The notes beneath the pieces were generated by a model, which worked only from the letters and a program-made list of their open reading frames with translations, was not told the DNA's origin and did not search any database. 64,000 nucleotides of DNA from Planctomycetota bacterium (GTDB taxonomy: Bacteria > Planctomycetota > Planctomycetia > Planctomycetales > Planctomycetaceae): NCBI GenBank assembly GCA_027623235.1, contig JAQBVJ010000018.1, forward strand, positions 9,540 to 73,539, written 5' to 3'. Made by a program: the position numbers and the translations under genes. Positions within the stretch are counted from its first letter, which is position 1. Every line of letters begins with the position of its first letter. Below, piece by piece: positions 7,941 through 17,843 of the stretch.

Positions 7941-10901
7941 ATGCTCTCCTCAATGCGACTGCTGGTCGCCTTTTCTCTTCTGCTTTCGTTTCAACTCGAA
8001 CTGGCTGAGTCCGCTGAGCCGGATTCCAGTCCGAACTTTGAGACGGATCTTCAACCGCTCTTCCAGGCACGGTGCGGAAAGTGCCACAGCAGCAAAGCTC
8101 GAAAGGGCGGCCTTGATCTGTCGACGATGGCCGGTCTCAAAAAGGGCGGAGAGTCTGGTGAGCCGGCGGTCGTCAAGTCGCTCGATGACAGTCTTCTCTG
8201 GATCATGATCGACGGTGGCGACATGCCGCCCAAAGGACAGCCGCCGCTCTCCGCGAAAGAAAAGCAGCTCATCAGAACCTGGATTGAGGGCGGAGCGAAG
8301 TCGGGATCGGACGCGGAAGTTCGAGTCACTCAGCACGAGGTGTTTCCGTACCTCTACACACGGTGCGTTGTCTGTCACGGAGCCCGTCGACAGGAAGCGG
8401 GCCTCGACCTGCGTACGGCGGCAGCGATGCTCAAGGGAGGCAAGTCCGGCCCCGCGATCGTCGCTGGCAAGCCGGCAGACAGCCTCCTCCTGAAGAAGAT
8501 TCACGCGAAGGACATGCCGCCACCGAAGCAGCTGATCCGGGCGGGTGTGCGTCCGATGGAAGGCCCGGAGATCGCTTTACTCACAAAGTGGATTCAGCAG
8601 GGAGCGGTCGAGTTCGAGATTCCGCCCGACGTTCAAACCACCGATTCCGACCCGCTCGTGTCCGACAAGGATCGAAACTTCTGGGCGTTTCAGTCTCCGA
8701 AGAAGCCGGCCGTTCCGGGCGGCGGTGCGTCGTCGGGCAGTGCGGCATCGTCAGGCCGTGCGGCATCGCCGATTGACGCGTTCATTTTGAGGAAGCTCAG
8801 CGAGCACGGGCTCACGCCGTCTCTCGAAGCGGAAAAGCTGGTGCTGATTCGGAGAGTCGCCTTCGACCTGACCGGACTGCCGCCCGAGTGGAAAGACGTC
8901 GAACGATTTCTGGCCGACGATTCGGGCGAGTGGTACGCGAAGGTTGTCGATTTTTATCTCGACTCACCGCACTACGGAGAACGCTGGGGCCGCTACTGGC
9001 TGGACCTGGCTGGTTATGCCGACTCGGAAGGTAAACGCAGCGCGGATCCGATCCGACCTCACGCCTGGCGGTTTCGAGATTACGTCGTGCGGTCGTTCAA
9101 CGATGACAAACCGTACGATCGTTTTCTGCTTGAACAACTGGCCGGCGACGAACTCTACGATTTCAAAAATGCCACCACCATCGACGACGAAATGGCCGAC
9201 GCTCTGGTAGCGACCGCGTTTCTGCGGATGGCTCCGGACGGGACCGGGTCGGACGTCGTCAACACGGTTGCCGAGCGGTTTGAAGTGGTCGCGGATGAAA
9301 TCGAAACGCTCGGTTCCGGAGTCCTGGGCCTCACTCTGAAGTGTGCCCAGTGCCACACGCATAAGTACGACCCGATTCCGCAGCGAGACTACTACCGCCT
9401 GGTTGCCGTCTTTCAGGGGGCGTACGACGTTTACGACTGGATGGCGCCGGTGTCTGTGCCGAATCAGTCGAAGGGAGGTGGCGAGCGACGCTACCTGCCG
9501 TACGTCAGCGCCCGGACGAAGGCCGAGTTTGCAGCCCGTGTTGCGGCGTTCCAGCCGAAAATCGAAGCCACTGAGAAGAAGTACGACGATCTGGAATCTG
9601 AGCAACTCGCAAAGCACCTCGACGAAACCCTCAAGGATCTTTCTGAGGAAATCCGGGTGGACGTCAAAGCGGCGGCGCTGACCGACGCAGGCAAACGAAC
9701 GAAGGTTCAAAAGGACCTCGTGAGGCGATTTCAAAAACAGGTCGACATCAAGTCGGCAGACCTGCAGAAGAAGTATGCCGACCTCAAGAAGGCGAAAGCC
9801 GATCGGGATAAGACGCTCGCGAAGCTGCAAGCTGCCGTCGGTCCGGAACCGGTCGTCCGGGCACTCTGGGATCGAGGTCAGCCATCACCCACCTGGGTTT
9901 TCCGTCGCGGCGAGTTCACCAACCCCGGCGACTATGTCGGTCCTGGCGTCCCGTCCGTTCTGACCGACGGCAGGACACCGCTCGAAGTGACGCCACCGTT
10001 CGAAGGCTCGACCGGTCGCCGACTCGCGTTCGCGAAGTGGCTGACCGATCCAAAGAATCCGCTCACCGCGCGAGTTTTCGTCAACCGGGTCTGGTATCAC
10101 CACTTCGGGCGAGGCATCGTCCAGTCGCTGGCCAATTTCGGCCGCACGGGGACTCCGCCGACGCATCCCGAGCTGCTCGAATGGCTGGCCGTTTCATTCA
10201 TGGAAAACGGCTGGAGTCTGAAGTCGCTCCATCGACAGATCATGACCTCTTCGACTTACCGCCAGGCATCGCTGCTTCGCGACGAATCGGTCGAACGCGA
10301 TGCCGACAACCGCTGGCTGTCGCGCATGCCGATGCGACGGCTCGAAGCGGAGAGCGTTCGCGACACGCTGCTTGCCGTTTCCGGAAAGCTGGACCGAACC
10401 GCGTTCGGCAACCCGGACCTCGTCGACGTTCGAAACGACGGGCTGGTGACGGCAAAGCCGACGACGGCCGGCTGGCGAAGAACGATCTACGTCCAGCAGA
10501 GGCGGAAGGAGATTCCGACAATCCTGGAGGCGTTCGATCTGCCTCAGATGAATCCGAATTGTGTCGAGCGTCCGAATTCGACAGTTGCTTCGCAGGCGCT
10601 GCATCTGCTCAACAATCAAATGGTGCGCGACCTGTCCGTTGAATTTGCTCGACGAATCGAAAACGAAACGGGCAGTGATCGGTACGGTCAGGTTGAGCGT
10701 GCCTATCAGATCGCCCTCAGTCGCGAGCCAACGAATGATGAAAAACAGCTCGCGCTGGAGACGATCGAGAAATTGACGGCCGCCTGGAAAACACAGCCGG
10801 CAGACTCGAAGAATGACGACAAAGTGAAACCGGAAACCCGAGCCCTCGCCGCGTTCTGTCACGTCGTGATGAATTCGGCCGGGTTTGTTTTTGTGGATTA
10901 G
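7941..10901 (+). CDS. PSCyt/DUF1549/DUF1553 (PSD1) planctomycete cytochrome-c-domain protein, secreted
   Basis: Signal peptide. CGKCHS and CVVCHG heme-like CxxCH motifs. [24 protein letters not shown] (DUF1549), [12 protein letters not shown], and C-terminal DUF1553-like NSAGFVFVD. Confidence 0.85.
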   Translation: MLSSMRLLVAFSLLLSFQLELAESAEPDSSPNFETDLQPLFQARCGKCHSSKARKGGLDLSTMAGLKKGGESGEPAVVKSLDDSLLWIMIDGGDMPPKGQPPLSAKEKQLIRTWIEGGAKSGSDAEVRVTQHEVFPYLYTRCVVCHGARRQEAGLDLRTAAAMLKGGKSGPAIVAGKPADSLLLKKIHAKDMPPPKQLIRAGVRPMEGPEIALLTKWIQQGAVEFEIPPDVQTTDSDPLVSDKDRNFWAFQSPKKPAVPGGGASSGSAASSGRAASPIDAFILRKLSEHGLTPSLEAEKLVLIRRVAFDLTGLPPEWKDVERFLADDSGEWYAKVVDFYLDSPHYGERWGRYWLDLAGYADSEGKRSADPIRPHAWRFRDYVVRSFNDDKPYDRFLLEQLAGDELYDFKNATTIDDEMADALVATAFLRMAPDGTGSDVVNTVAERFEVVADEIETLGSGVLGLTLKCAQCHTHKYDPIPQRDYYRLVAVFQGAYDVYDWMAPVSVPNQSKGGGERRYLPYVSARTKAEFAARVAAFQPKIEATEKKYDDLESEQLAKHLDETLKDLSEEIRVDVKAAALTDAGKRTKVQKDLVRRFQKQVDIKSADLQKKYADLKKAKADRDKTLAKLQAAVGPEPVVRALWDRGQPSPTWVFRRGEFTNPGDYVGPGVPSVLTDGRTPLEVTPPFEGSTGRRLAFAKWLTDPKNPLTARVFVNRVWYHHFGRGIVQSLANFGRTGTPPTHPELLEWLAVSFMENGWSLKSLHRQIMTSSTYRQASLLRDESVERDADNRWLSRMPMRRLEAESVRDTLLAVSGKLDRTAFGNPDLVDVRNDGLVTAKPTTAGWRRTIYVQQRRKEIPTILEAFDLPQMNPNCVERPNSTVASQALHLLNNQMVRDLSVEFARRIENETGSDRYGQVERAYQIALSREPTNDEKQLALETIEKLTAAWKTQPADSKNDDKVKPETRALAAFCHVVMNSAGFVFVD

Positions 10902-10958
10902 CGAGAAATTCGGCAGGAGCCTCGCCCTCCCGAAACGCAACAACCTGCGAGTCATAAA

Positions 10959-12419
10959 ATGAAAACTTCCCGCCGCACGTTTTTCTCGCGCATCTCTGAC
11001 GGCATTGGCGGAGCGGCGATGCTCTCGCTGCTCAATCAGGACGTCTTCAGCGGGCAATCCGTGTCTGCGGCGGATGCGCACGCCGCGTCCGCGCCAAAGA
11101 GCTTCGACCTCCTCCCGAAGCGGACGCACTTTCGTCCGCGCGCGAAGGCGGTGATCCAGTTGTTTATGCAGGGCGGGCCTTCTCAGGTGGACCTGTTCGA
11201 TCCAAAAACTGAGCTCACGAAGAACGACGGCAAGTCGATCCTCAAAGAGATCGCCCGTGATCTGTCGTCTCCGGATGCCGCCGGCGGCCTGATGGGGAGT
11301 CCGTTCAAATTCGCTCAGCACGGACAGGCAGGCACGTGGGTTTCGGAGCTGCTGCCCAACATCGCGCGACACGTCGATGACATCGCCGTCGTCCGGTCGA
11401 TGTTCAACACGCATCAGAATCACGAACCGGCCTTGTTCAAAATCCAGTCGGGCAAGCTGATGCCCGGCCTGCCGGCACTGGGGTCGTGGGTGACGTACGG
11501 GCTCGGCAGTGAGAATCAGAACCTGCCGGCGTATGTCGTGCTCGACTCGCCGGACGGGGGGTTGCCGGTGAACACGGTGCAGAACTGGCAGTCGGGTTAT
11601 CTGCCGCCGCTGTATCAGGGAACCCGGATGCGGTCGCGCGGTACGCCGATCCTCAACCTGAAGCCGGAGGGCGATTCGCCGGGCGAGGTCGAGTCGCTCA
11701 GTCGCGATCTTCTCGGGAAGCTCGACCGGATTCACAGGAAGCAGCGTCCGGGTGAGCTGCAGCTCGATGCCCGCATTGCCAGTTACGAGCTTGCTGCGCG
11801 GATGCAGATGTCGGCCAGCGATGCGCTCGACATCACGCAGGAGTCGGCCGAAACGCTCAAGTCGTACGGCATCGATGAGAAAGACACCGACGGCTACGGT
11901 CGCCAGGCATTGCTCGCGCGGCGACTGGTCGAGCGCGGAGTTCGATTCGTCCAGGTCTTCACGCCGGGGCAGCGATGGGACAATCACAGCAACATCGGTA
12001 CTTCTCTGCCGACTGCGTGCCGCTCGACGGATCAGTCGGTCGCCGCGCTGCTGGCCGACCTCAAGCAGCGAGGCCTGATGGACGACGTGCTTGTTGTGTG
12101 GGGTGGCGAGTTCGGACGGTTGCCGATTGCTCAGATGCGTCCTGGTTCGAACCCGAAGAGTGCCGGTCGCGATCACGGGCCGACCGGTTTCAGTGTGTGG
12201 TTCGCCGGAGCTGGTGTCAAAGGGGGTACCGTTTACGGCAGTACGGACGAGATTGGCTATCGCGCGGCAGAGAATCGAGTCAGCGTCGCCGACTGGCACG
12301 CGACGATCCTGCACGCCCTCGGACTTCACAACGAGCAATTGTTTTTTGAGTCGCACGGATTCAAAGAACGGATCACGGGTACGACGAAGCCGCGCATTGT
12401 CAACGAGATTTTCTCGTAG
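10959..12419 (+). CDS. DUF1501 (sulfatase/phosphatase-superfamily-like) protein with Tat-type signal
   Basis: MKTSRRTFFSRISDGIGGAA, then FMQGGPSQVDLFDPK, WDNHSN and GRDHGPTGFSVWFAGAGVKGG. The usual partner of the preceding PSD1 gene. Confidence 0.85.
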   Translation: MKTSRRTFFSRISDGIGGAAMLSLLNQDVFSGQSVSAADAHAASAPKSFDLLPKRTHFRPRAKAVIQLFMQGGPSQVDLFDPKTELTKNDGKSILKEIARDLSSPDAAGGLMGSPFKFAQHGQAGTWVSELLPNIARHVDDIAVVRSMFNTHQNHEPALFKIQSGKLMPGLPALGSWVTYGLGSENQNLPAYVVLDSPDGGLPVNTVQNWQSGYLPPLYQGTRMRSRGTPILNLKPEGDSPGEVESLSRDLLGKLDRIHRKQRPGELQLDARIASYELAARMQMSASDALDITQESAETLKSYGIDEKDTDGYGRQALLARRLVERGVRFVQVFTPGQRWDNHSNIGTSLPTACRSTDQSVAALLADLKQRGLMDDVLVVWGGEFGRLPIAQMRPGSNPKSAGRDHGPTGFSVWFAGAGVKGGTVYGSTDEIGYRAAENRVSVADWHATILHALGLHNEQLFFESHGFKERITGTTKPRIVNEIFS

Positions 12420-12431
12420 CGTCTGCTGCCA

Positions 12432-13457
12432 TCAGCTGGCTGATACGCAGACGGATTCGTCGACTTTTCGCATCCCTCCGGCCCGCGTTCCATGCAGAAC
12501 GACTCGGTACGCACAGTCGCGTCCGTCGGCTTTGGCACGGTAAAGGCACTCGTCCGCTTTCTGAATCAGGTTGTCGACTGAAAGCTCATCGAAGCCGGAC
12601 ACGACCACGGCCGCTCCGATCGACAACGTGGGCGGACGACTGTCGCACTTGCCGGGAATCTTCAGTTCTCGAATGGCCTTCTGCAGTCGTCTCACCGGCG
12701 CGTCGATGCCTTCCGGAGTACAGTCGCAGCAGATCGCCGCGAATTCGTCACCGCCGAAACGGGCGACGACGTCGTAGCTTCTCAGTTGGCGTCGCAGACA
12801 CGAGCCGATCATCGACAGCACGGTATCTCCGACGAGATGGCCGCATTGATCGTTGACTTCTTTGAAATGGTCGAGGTCGAACAGCAGGATCGCGAGGGGC
12901 TCACCGCTTCTCTGCGAGCGTTCCCACTCCTCGTGGATTCGACGATTGAACGTCGCACGGTTTTTGAGGTCGGTGACTTCGTCCGTGGTCGCCGCTTTGA
13001 TCAGTGGCTCAAGGCGTCCCCAGCTGACGAACAGATCGTCATCCGTTACGACACTCACAAGTCGCCCGTTCTCGAAAACCGGGGTGCAGGAGATTTCGCC
13101 TCCAGCAGTCAGACCCGAAGCGCGCTCGACCCTGGCAGTCGGCTGGGCCGGTGTGAAGCGAACTCCAAGGAGGACTTCGATCGGGCGTGTCTTCCAGACA
13201 TCCGTCGGGTCGCCCGTGACGCGGGCCATGTATCGCAGCAAATCCGCGTACGAAACGACGCCAGCGAGTGCGCCATCTTCATCCCGGATGAGGATAAAGC
13301 GGGCACCCGTTTCGCCAATCTGCAGCGCAACGTCGACCAGCGGAGTGCCAAGAGTGACAGCCAGCCGGGTCTGCGTCAGTGGGTCGCCGACTTTCAAACG
13401 ACCTTGATGGAAAACGGCAGGGTTGGACATGAGCTGAGGCTTTCGCACTGGAAACAC
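12432..13457 (-). CDS. Diguanylate cyclase (GGDEF) with N-terminal CBS-pair sensor
   Basis: LLFDLDHFKEVNDQCGHLVGDTVL, RFGGDEFAAICC and YRAKADGRD. The N-terminal half has CBS-like segments (ILIRDEDGALAGVVSYADLL). Confidence 0.85.
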   Translation of the reverse strand: MFPVRKPQLMSNPAVFHQGRLKVGDPLTQTRLAVTLGTPLVDVALQIGETGARFILIRDEDGALAGVVSYADLLRYMARVTGDPTDVWKTRPIEVLLGVRFTPAQPTARVERASGLTAGGEISCTPVFENGRLVSVVTDDDLFVSWGRLEPLIKAATTDEVTDLKNRATFNRRIHEEWERSQRSGEPLAILLFDLDHFKEVNDQCGHLVGDTVLSMIGSCLRRQLRSYDVVARFGGDEFAAICCDCTPEGIDAPVRRLQKAIRELKIPGKCDSRPPTLSIGAAVVVSGFDELSVDNLIQKADECLYRAKADGRDCAYRVVLHGTRAGGMRKVDESVCVSAS

Positions 13458-13718
13458 GGCCGCATCAATGCTGGCCCGCTGCAGTGATATACCTCAGCTG
13501 TTCTGGTCGAGTGCGGTAAATGCCTCGCGCGGTCGCTCTGTCGACTCAGATTCCAACACGAAAATCGCTTCGACCAGGACTGCCGGAACCTCGTTCGTTT
13601 CCTGTCAAATCTGCCCGCGGCTGGAGCGAGGGGAGCGTACCGGACTGAGCGAAAGCCGGGACTGCCGGAAAGGCGATGGCGCGGTGACGTGCGTCTATGC
13701 CCGGTTGCGTCGCGATGC

Positions 13719-15533
13719 TCAGCCCGCCATGAGCTGCTGTTCGAGCGTCTCGACAAGGTCGCTCAGTTGCCAGGATCGGCCGCCGATTTTCAGCTCTTCG
13801 TTGGACTGCAGCCAGCCCTCGACTTTCTTTTCGGCGGCGATGACCGTGCTGTGATTCCGGCCGCCAAAGAACTCCCCGATCTCTTTGTACGCGGCCTGGG
13901 TGTGGCGTCGCGCGAGGAACATGGCGAGCATTCTCGGCTGCGTCACGGATTTCGTTCGACGTCCGGATTTCAGATCGCTCCGTTGCAGCGCGAAGAGCTG
14001 CGAAACGGCGGCTTCGATTTCCGGAAGCTTCACGGCTCTCACACAGTCACGTTCGAGGTCGGCGAGAACTGTTTTTGCGGCGTTGAGTGTGACCCGGCGA
14101 CCCGTCATGGAGTGCCAGGTTGCCAGCGTGTTCAACGCGCCTTCGAGCTCCCGGATGCTCGACACGCAGCGGCGGGAGATGTAGTCGAGGGCCGCTTCGT
14201 CAAATTCGACAGCGAGCGTCTGCGTGCGCGCCTGGACGATCCGCCGTCGCGTTTCGGCATCCGGATTTTCCAGGCGGCAGACCAGGCCACAGAGAAACCG
14301 GCTGATCAGTTCCTCGCTGGCCCCGGTCATCAGTCGCGGGTGAGTGTCGCAGGTGACGACCAGTTGGCGGCCGTGACTTTCCAACTGTTTGAACGTGTGC
14401 AGAAATTCTTCCTGGATGACTCGCTTCCCGCCGAGAAACCCGACGTCGTCGATAATCAGCACGTCGACTGACCGGAACCGCTGCCGGAACGCGGGGAGCG
14501 TGTGCGACCGCAGAGCACTCGTAAACTGATTCGTAAACTGCTCTGACGTCATGAAGACAGTCCGCAGTTCCGGATGTTTCCGTCGGACCTCGCGGTAGAT
14601 TCCTTCGGCAAGATGCGTCTTGCCGGTGCCGACTCCCCCATGGAGAAACAGCGGGCTGTACCGCCCTCCGGGTTCCAGTGCGACCTGCTTTGCGGCGGTC
14701 AGGGCGAGTTCGTTGCACGGTCCGGCGACGAACTCCCCAAGGTCGCGAAAACGGCGAAGCTCGTGCGAATTGCCGGATCGATCCGCCGAGGGTGAACAGG
14801 AATTTGCTGTTCGCGGTGATTCTGTTTTTCTATCGAGCGGTGAAACGCACAGGCCGGAGTTCTCCGAACCGTCTTCAGAACTGCTGTCCGAGACCGCAGA
14901 CGCAGGCTCCGAGATGCTGTGTCCAGAACCGGGCTCGGCGGGAGGGCGTGCTTCGGCATCGTCGTCGGAAAGCGGCAACGTTCCAGGCTGTGCGACGACG
15001 TGCCACTCGACAATCCCACCGGGATTTGCCCCACCGGGATTTGCATTGCGGACGGCAGTCAACACGTTCGCCGTGAATCGACGCTGCATCCAGGTCAGCA
15101 GAAACGAACCAGCGACGCCCACTCGAACAGTGCTTCCGTCGAGGGTGATCGAGGTGCGGTCCGCAAACCAGTGACGGAAGTTACGTTCGCCGATCTCTCT
15201 CTGAAGTGCTTTGCGAATCTCTGCGAGCCGGCGAACCGGCCCGGCACTGGAGGAATTCTGCGCTGCGCAGTCCGCATCCGGAGTCTCTCCGGGATCCATC
15301 GCCCCGGGATCCATCGCCCCGGGATCCATCGCCCCGGGATCCATCGCCCCGGGATCCATCGCCCCGGGATCCATCGCCCCGGGATCCATCGCCCCGGGAT
15401 CCATCGACTGGCCCGGTTCCTCCGAATGAGGTTCTTCAAATTGAATTGTCAGCTCTCGCGCGAAGCTGTGTTGTCCACCAGCCTGCGCCACCGCGAGAAA
15501 ATCGGGCTGCATCGTGCGACCCCTGCTGCACAC
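13719..15533 (-). CDS. dnaA: Chromosomal replication initiator protein DnaA (true start uncertain, N-terminal repeat region)
   Basis: Domain I FRHWFADRTSITLDGSTVRVGVAGSFLLTWMQRRF. Walker A GGVGTGKTHL, Walker B LIIDDVGFLGGK. C-terminal DNA-binding IGEFFGGRNHSTVIAAEKKV. Any of the in-frame ATGs in the 15291-15405 repeat, or upstream of it, could be the start. Confidence 0.93.
   Translation of the reverse strand: MCSRGRTMQPDFLAVAQAGGQHSFARELTIQFEEPHSEEPGQSMDPGAMDPGAMDPGAMDPGAMDPGAMDPGAMDPGAMDPGETPDADCAAQNSSSAGPVRRLAEIRKALQREIGERNFRHWFADRTSITLDGSTVRVGVAGSFLLTWMQRRFTANVLTAVRNANPGGANPGGIVEWHVVAQPGTLPLSDDDAEARPPAEPGSGHSISEPASAVSDSSSEDGSENSGLCVSPLDRKTESPRTANSCSPSADRSGNSHELRRFRDLGEFVAGPCNELALTAAKQVALEPGGRYSPLFLHGGVGTGKTHLAEGIYREVRRKHPELRTVFMTSEQFTNQFTSALRSHTLPAFRQRFRSVDVLIIDDVGFLGGKRVIQEEFLHTFKQLESHGRQLVVTCDTHPRLMTGASEELISRFLCGLVCRLENPDAETRRRIVQARTQTLAVEFDEAALDYISRRCVSSIRELEGALNTLATWHSMTGRRVTLNAAKTVLADLERDCVRAVKLPEIEAAVSQLFALQRSDLKSGRRTKSVTQPRMLAMFLARRHTQAAYKEIGEFFGGRNHSTVIAAEKKVEGWLQSNEELKIGGRSWQLSDLVETLEQQLMAG
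15291..15405. repeat. Perfect 15-bp tandem repeat GGGATCCATCGCCCC x7 plus a partial 8th copy (encodes MDPGA units in the dnaA frame)
   Basis: Read directly: identical units start at 15291, 15306, 15321, 15336, 15351, 15366 and 15381. The 8th copy is truncated after GGGATCCATC. Confidence 0.95.
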
Positions 15534-16055
15534 CCCTTCCAGGCAGGACGTCGCCGTCCTGTGCGATCCATCACGCGGCGCTGTGAAGCCGGCGAACCGC
15601 CCGTGATCGGATCCTCTCCGGCGGGAAAGCTTCCAGGAATTCGCACCGACAAAATGATGTCACGCGAAAGCAGGAACCAGCCCGCCGACCGATGGGACAA
15701 GTCGACAGTCACTCCGTTACCGGCGTTTGAATCTCTCAGAAAAGAGAATGCGATTTGATCCAGAGAAAATTGGAGCCGGTTGTTCAGGCACCACCCGGAA
15801 CTGACTCCTGTCACTCACTCGAGCCGCGATCCTACCGGTGCCGGGCATTCTGTCAAACCCAAACAAGTGTCTTTGTGGAGAGCATTTTCGGGACGTTGAT
15901 TTTTCGCGGAAGAACCCGCCAAATCTGGTTCGAGAATCTGACGGCGGGCTGTCAACACGTGTCGAAAAGATGTGCGTAGCGAGGGGTCGGAAAGAGTTCT
16001 GAATCAGATTTCACGCAGAGCCGCAGCGACAGAAAAACTCCCTCTGCGTGGGATT

Positions 16056-16586
16056 TTATCGAATAGTCCGGCCGGCCATCGCGAGTGCCGCGTAGATTCT
16101 GGGATCGACCATCGCTCCGTTTTCGACACGGCTGTGAAGCCAGCTTCGCAATTCAGACAGCGGAATTTCGTGTACCGTGATCGACTCGGACGAGTCGCTT
16201 CCGCCGGGGCCGATCCGCCTTAGATTGGTCGCTTCGAAAAACGAAATGCACTCGTCAGTGAGGCCGGCCGACGAGGGGCCGGCTGCGAGGAAACTCATTC
16301 CTCCCGCTTCGTACCCGGTTTCTTCCAGAAGCTCACGCGACGCGGCCGTTGCCAGCGCTTCGTGTTCCTCACCGGGGATATCGCCGGCGAGTCCGGCCGG
16401 GATTTCGATGACGGTCGTGTCGACCGGCGGGCGAAACTGCTCGACAAGCAGAATCCGGTCATCCTCCGTCACCGCGAGGATCGCAACGACGCCGGTCGTG
16501 TTCTGCCGCTCGACGTACTCCCACTGGCCGCGAGCCACCATGCGGAGAAATCGGCCTTCGTAGCGGATGCCTTTTTCCGGTGTCAT
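16056..16586 (-). CDS. NUDIX hydrolase (ADP-ribose pyrophosphatase-like)
   Basis: Nudix box GLAGDIPGEEHEALATAASRELLEETGYEA. 176 aa. Confidence 0.85.
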   Translation of the reverse strand: MTPEKGIRYEGRFLRMVARGQWEYVERQNTTGVVAILAVTEDDRILLVEQFRPPVDTTVIEIPAGLAGDIPGEEHEALATAASRELLEETGYEAGGMSFLAAGPSSAGLTDECISFFEATNLRRIGPGGSDSSESITVHEIPLSELRSWLHSRVENGAMVDPRIYAALAMAGRTIR

Positions 16587-16622
16587 TCTGACGCCTTTCG
16601 GAGCCGGAACTTCGAACGCTCC

Positions 16623-17675
16623 CTAATGGAGCAGCCCGGCATCGCCCAGGCGCGGCTGTCCCAGACCTGGACCCCACCCGAAGTAGTACATCGCCCGCGG
16701 GACGTTGTTGTCGAACAGTGTTTTGAGCGGATCCTGTGGCTGCCGAGCCTGTGCGCTGCCAAGCAACAGTTCCAGTGTCGTGGGTATGAAGCCGTACTTG
16801 ATCACGCGAACTTTCGTGAGAGCGAGATCCTTCTGGAGTATCTCGATGACCTCATCTTGAAATTTGATGTCGTCGATCAGTCCGTTCGCCACCGCCTGGT
16901 CCGCGGTGAAAATCTGGCCCGTGGCGAGTCTGGTGCGGACGGTTTCCTCGTCGAGCCCCTTTCGGCCTTCGGCGACAATCTTGACGAATCGGGCAAACGA
17001 ATCTTCGAGGATCTCGCCCCAGACTTCCCGTTCCCGATCAGTGACAGGTTTCAACGGGTTGAGCGAGTCTTTGAATTCGCCCGTCGTCAGCGAGTCCGAC
17101 GCGACTCCGAATTTCTCACCGAGCCCGGTGAAATCGTAGCGCGGAATGATGACGCCGATCGAGCCGGTCCAGGTCGTTGGTTCGGCGAAAATCTTTCCGC
17201 TCTCGCCAATTCCCATCGCCGCGTACACGCCTCCCGACGCACAGATCCTCTTCATTGAAACATAAATCGGTTTCTTCGCGGCCAGCAGTTTCAGCCGGTG
17301 GTACATCTGATGGCTGTCCGCAACGAGGCCACCCGGACTGTCGATCGACAGGATGACGCCCTTGACGTCGTCGTCCTCGCTGGCGTGCTTAATCATTGCC
17401 AGCACGCGTTCGGTGAAGGGGGGCATGATCGTGCCGACGATCGGAATAATCGCGATTTTGACGTCGGCCGATTTGTCGCCGGACACGAACGTTTCCTGAC
17501 TTTTGCCTTCAATCGACTCACCGGTTCCGAGGAGGAAGAAATTGGTGAGGACGGAGATCGCCAGCGCTGCGAAAACAATTCTCATCAGGCAGCTGCGAAG
17601 TATGCCCGGCGACTGAACATGCACGACGATCGACTGCGGGTTGCCGTCGTCCGATTTTGAGGAAGCGGTGCTCAT
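16623..17675 (-). CDS. sppA: Signal peptide peptidase SppA (S49 family, 36K type)
   Basis: N-terminal TM segment, GVILSIDSPGGLV, ICASGGVYAAMG, TGSIGVIIP. Confidence 0.85.
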   Translation of the reverse strand: MSTASSKSDDGNPQSIVVHVQSPGILRSCLMRIVFAALAISVLTNFFLLGTGESIEGKSQETFVSGDKSADVKIAIIPIVGTIMPPFTERVLAMIKHASEDDDVKGVILSIDSPGGLVADSHQMYHRLKLLAAKKPIYVSMKRICASGGVYAAMGIGESGKIFAEPTTWTGSIGVIIPRYDFTGLGEKFGVASDSLTTGEFKDSLNPLKPVTDREREVWGEILEDSFARFVKIVAEGRKGLDEETVRTRLATGQIFTADQAVANGLIDDIKFQDEVIEILQKDLALTKVRVIKYGFIPTTLELLLGSAQARQPQDPLKTLFDNNVPRAMYYFGWGPGLGQPRLGDAGLLH

Positions 17676-17843
17676 GGCGTTTCGCGATTCCGTGGAGGGG
17701 ATTCTGTTGGAATTGCATTCTGGGAATGCGCAGCGCTGAGGCTGCTCAGCTTCTGCGGAAACCGTAGCCTGGGGCGAGGACTCAGGAACAGTCTCTCTCG
17801 CGAAATGCCGGAGCCAGGCCGCGTGGCGATCGGGTTCTGCCGC

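Noticed and set aside
10194-12356. 720-aa ORF on the minus strand
   Set aside because: It is antisense to the well-supported DUF1501 and PSD1 genes. The Arg/Pro-rich low-complexity translation is typical of shadow ORFs in high-GC DNA.
15291-15405. Possible CRISPR array or DnaA-box cluster
   Set aside because: There are no spacers. The best alignment of the unit to TTATCCACA is only 5/9 (GGATCCATC), so I cannot call these DnaA boxes.
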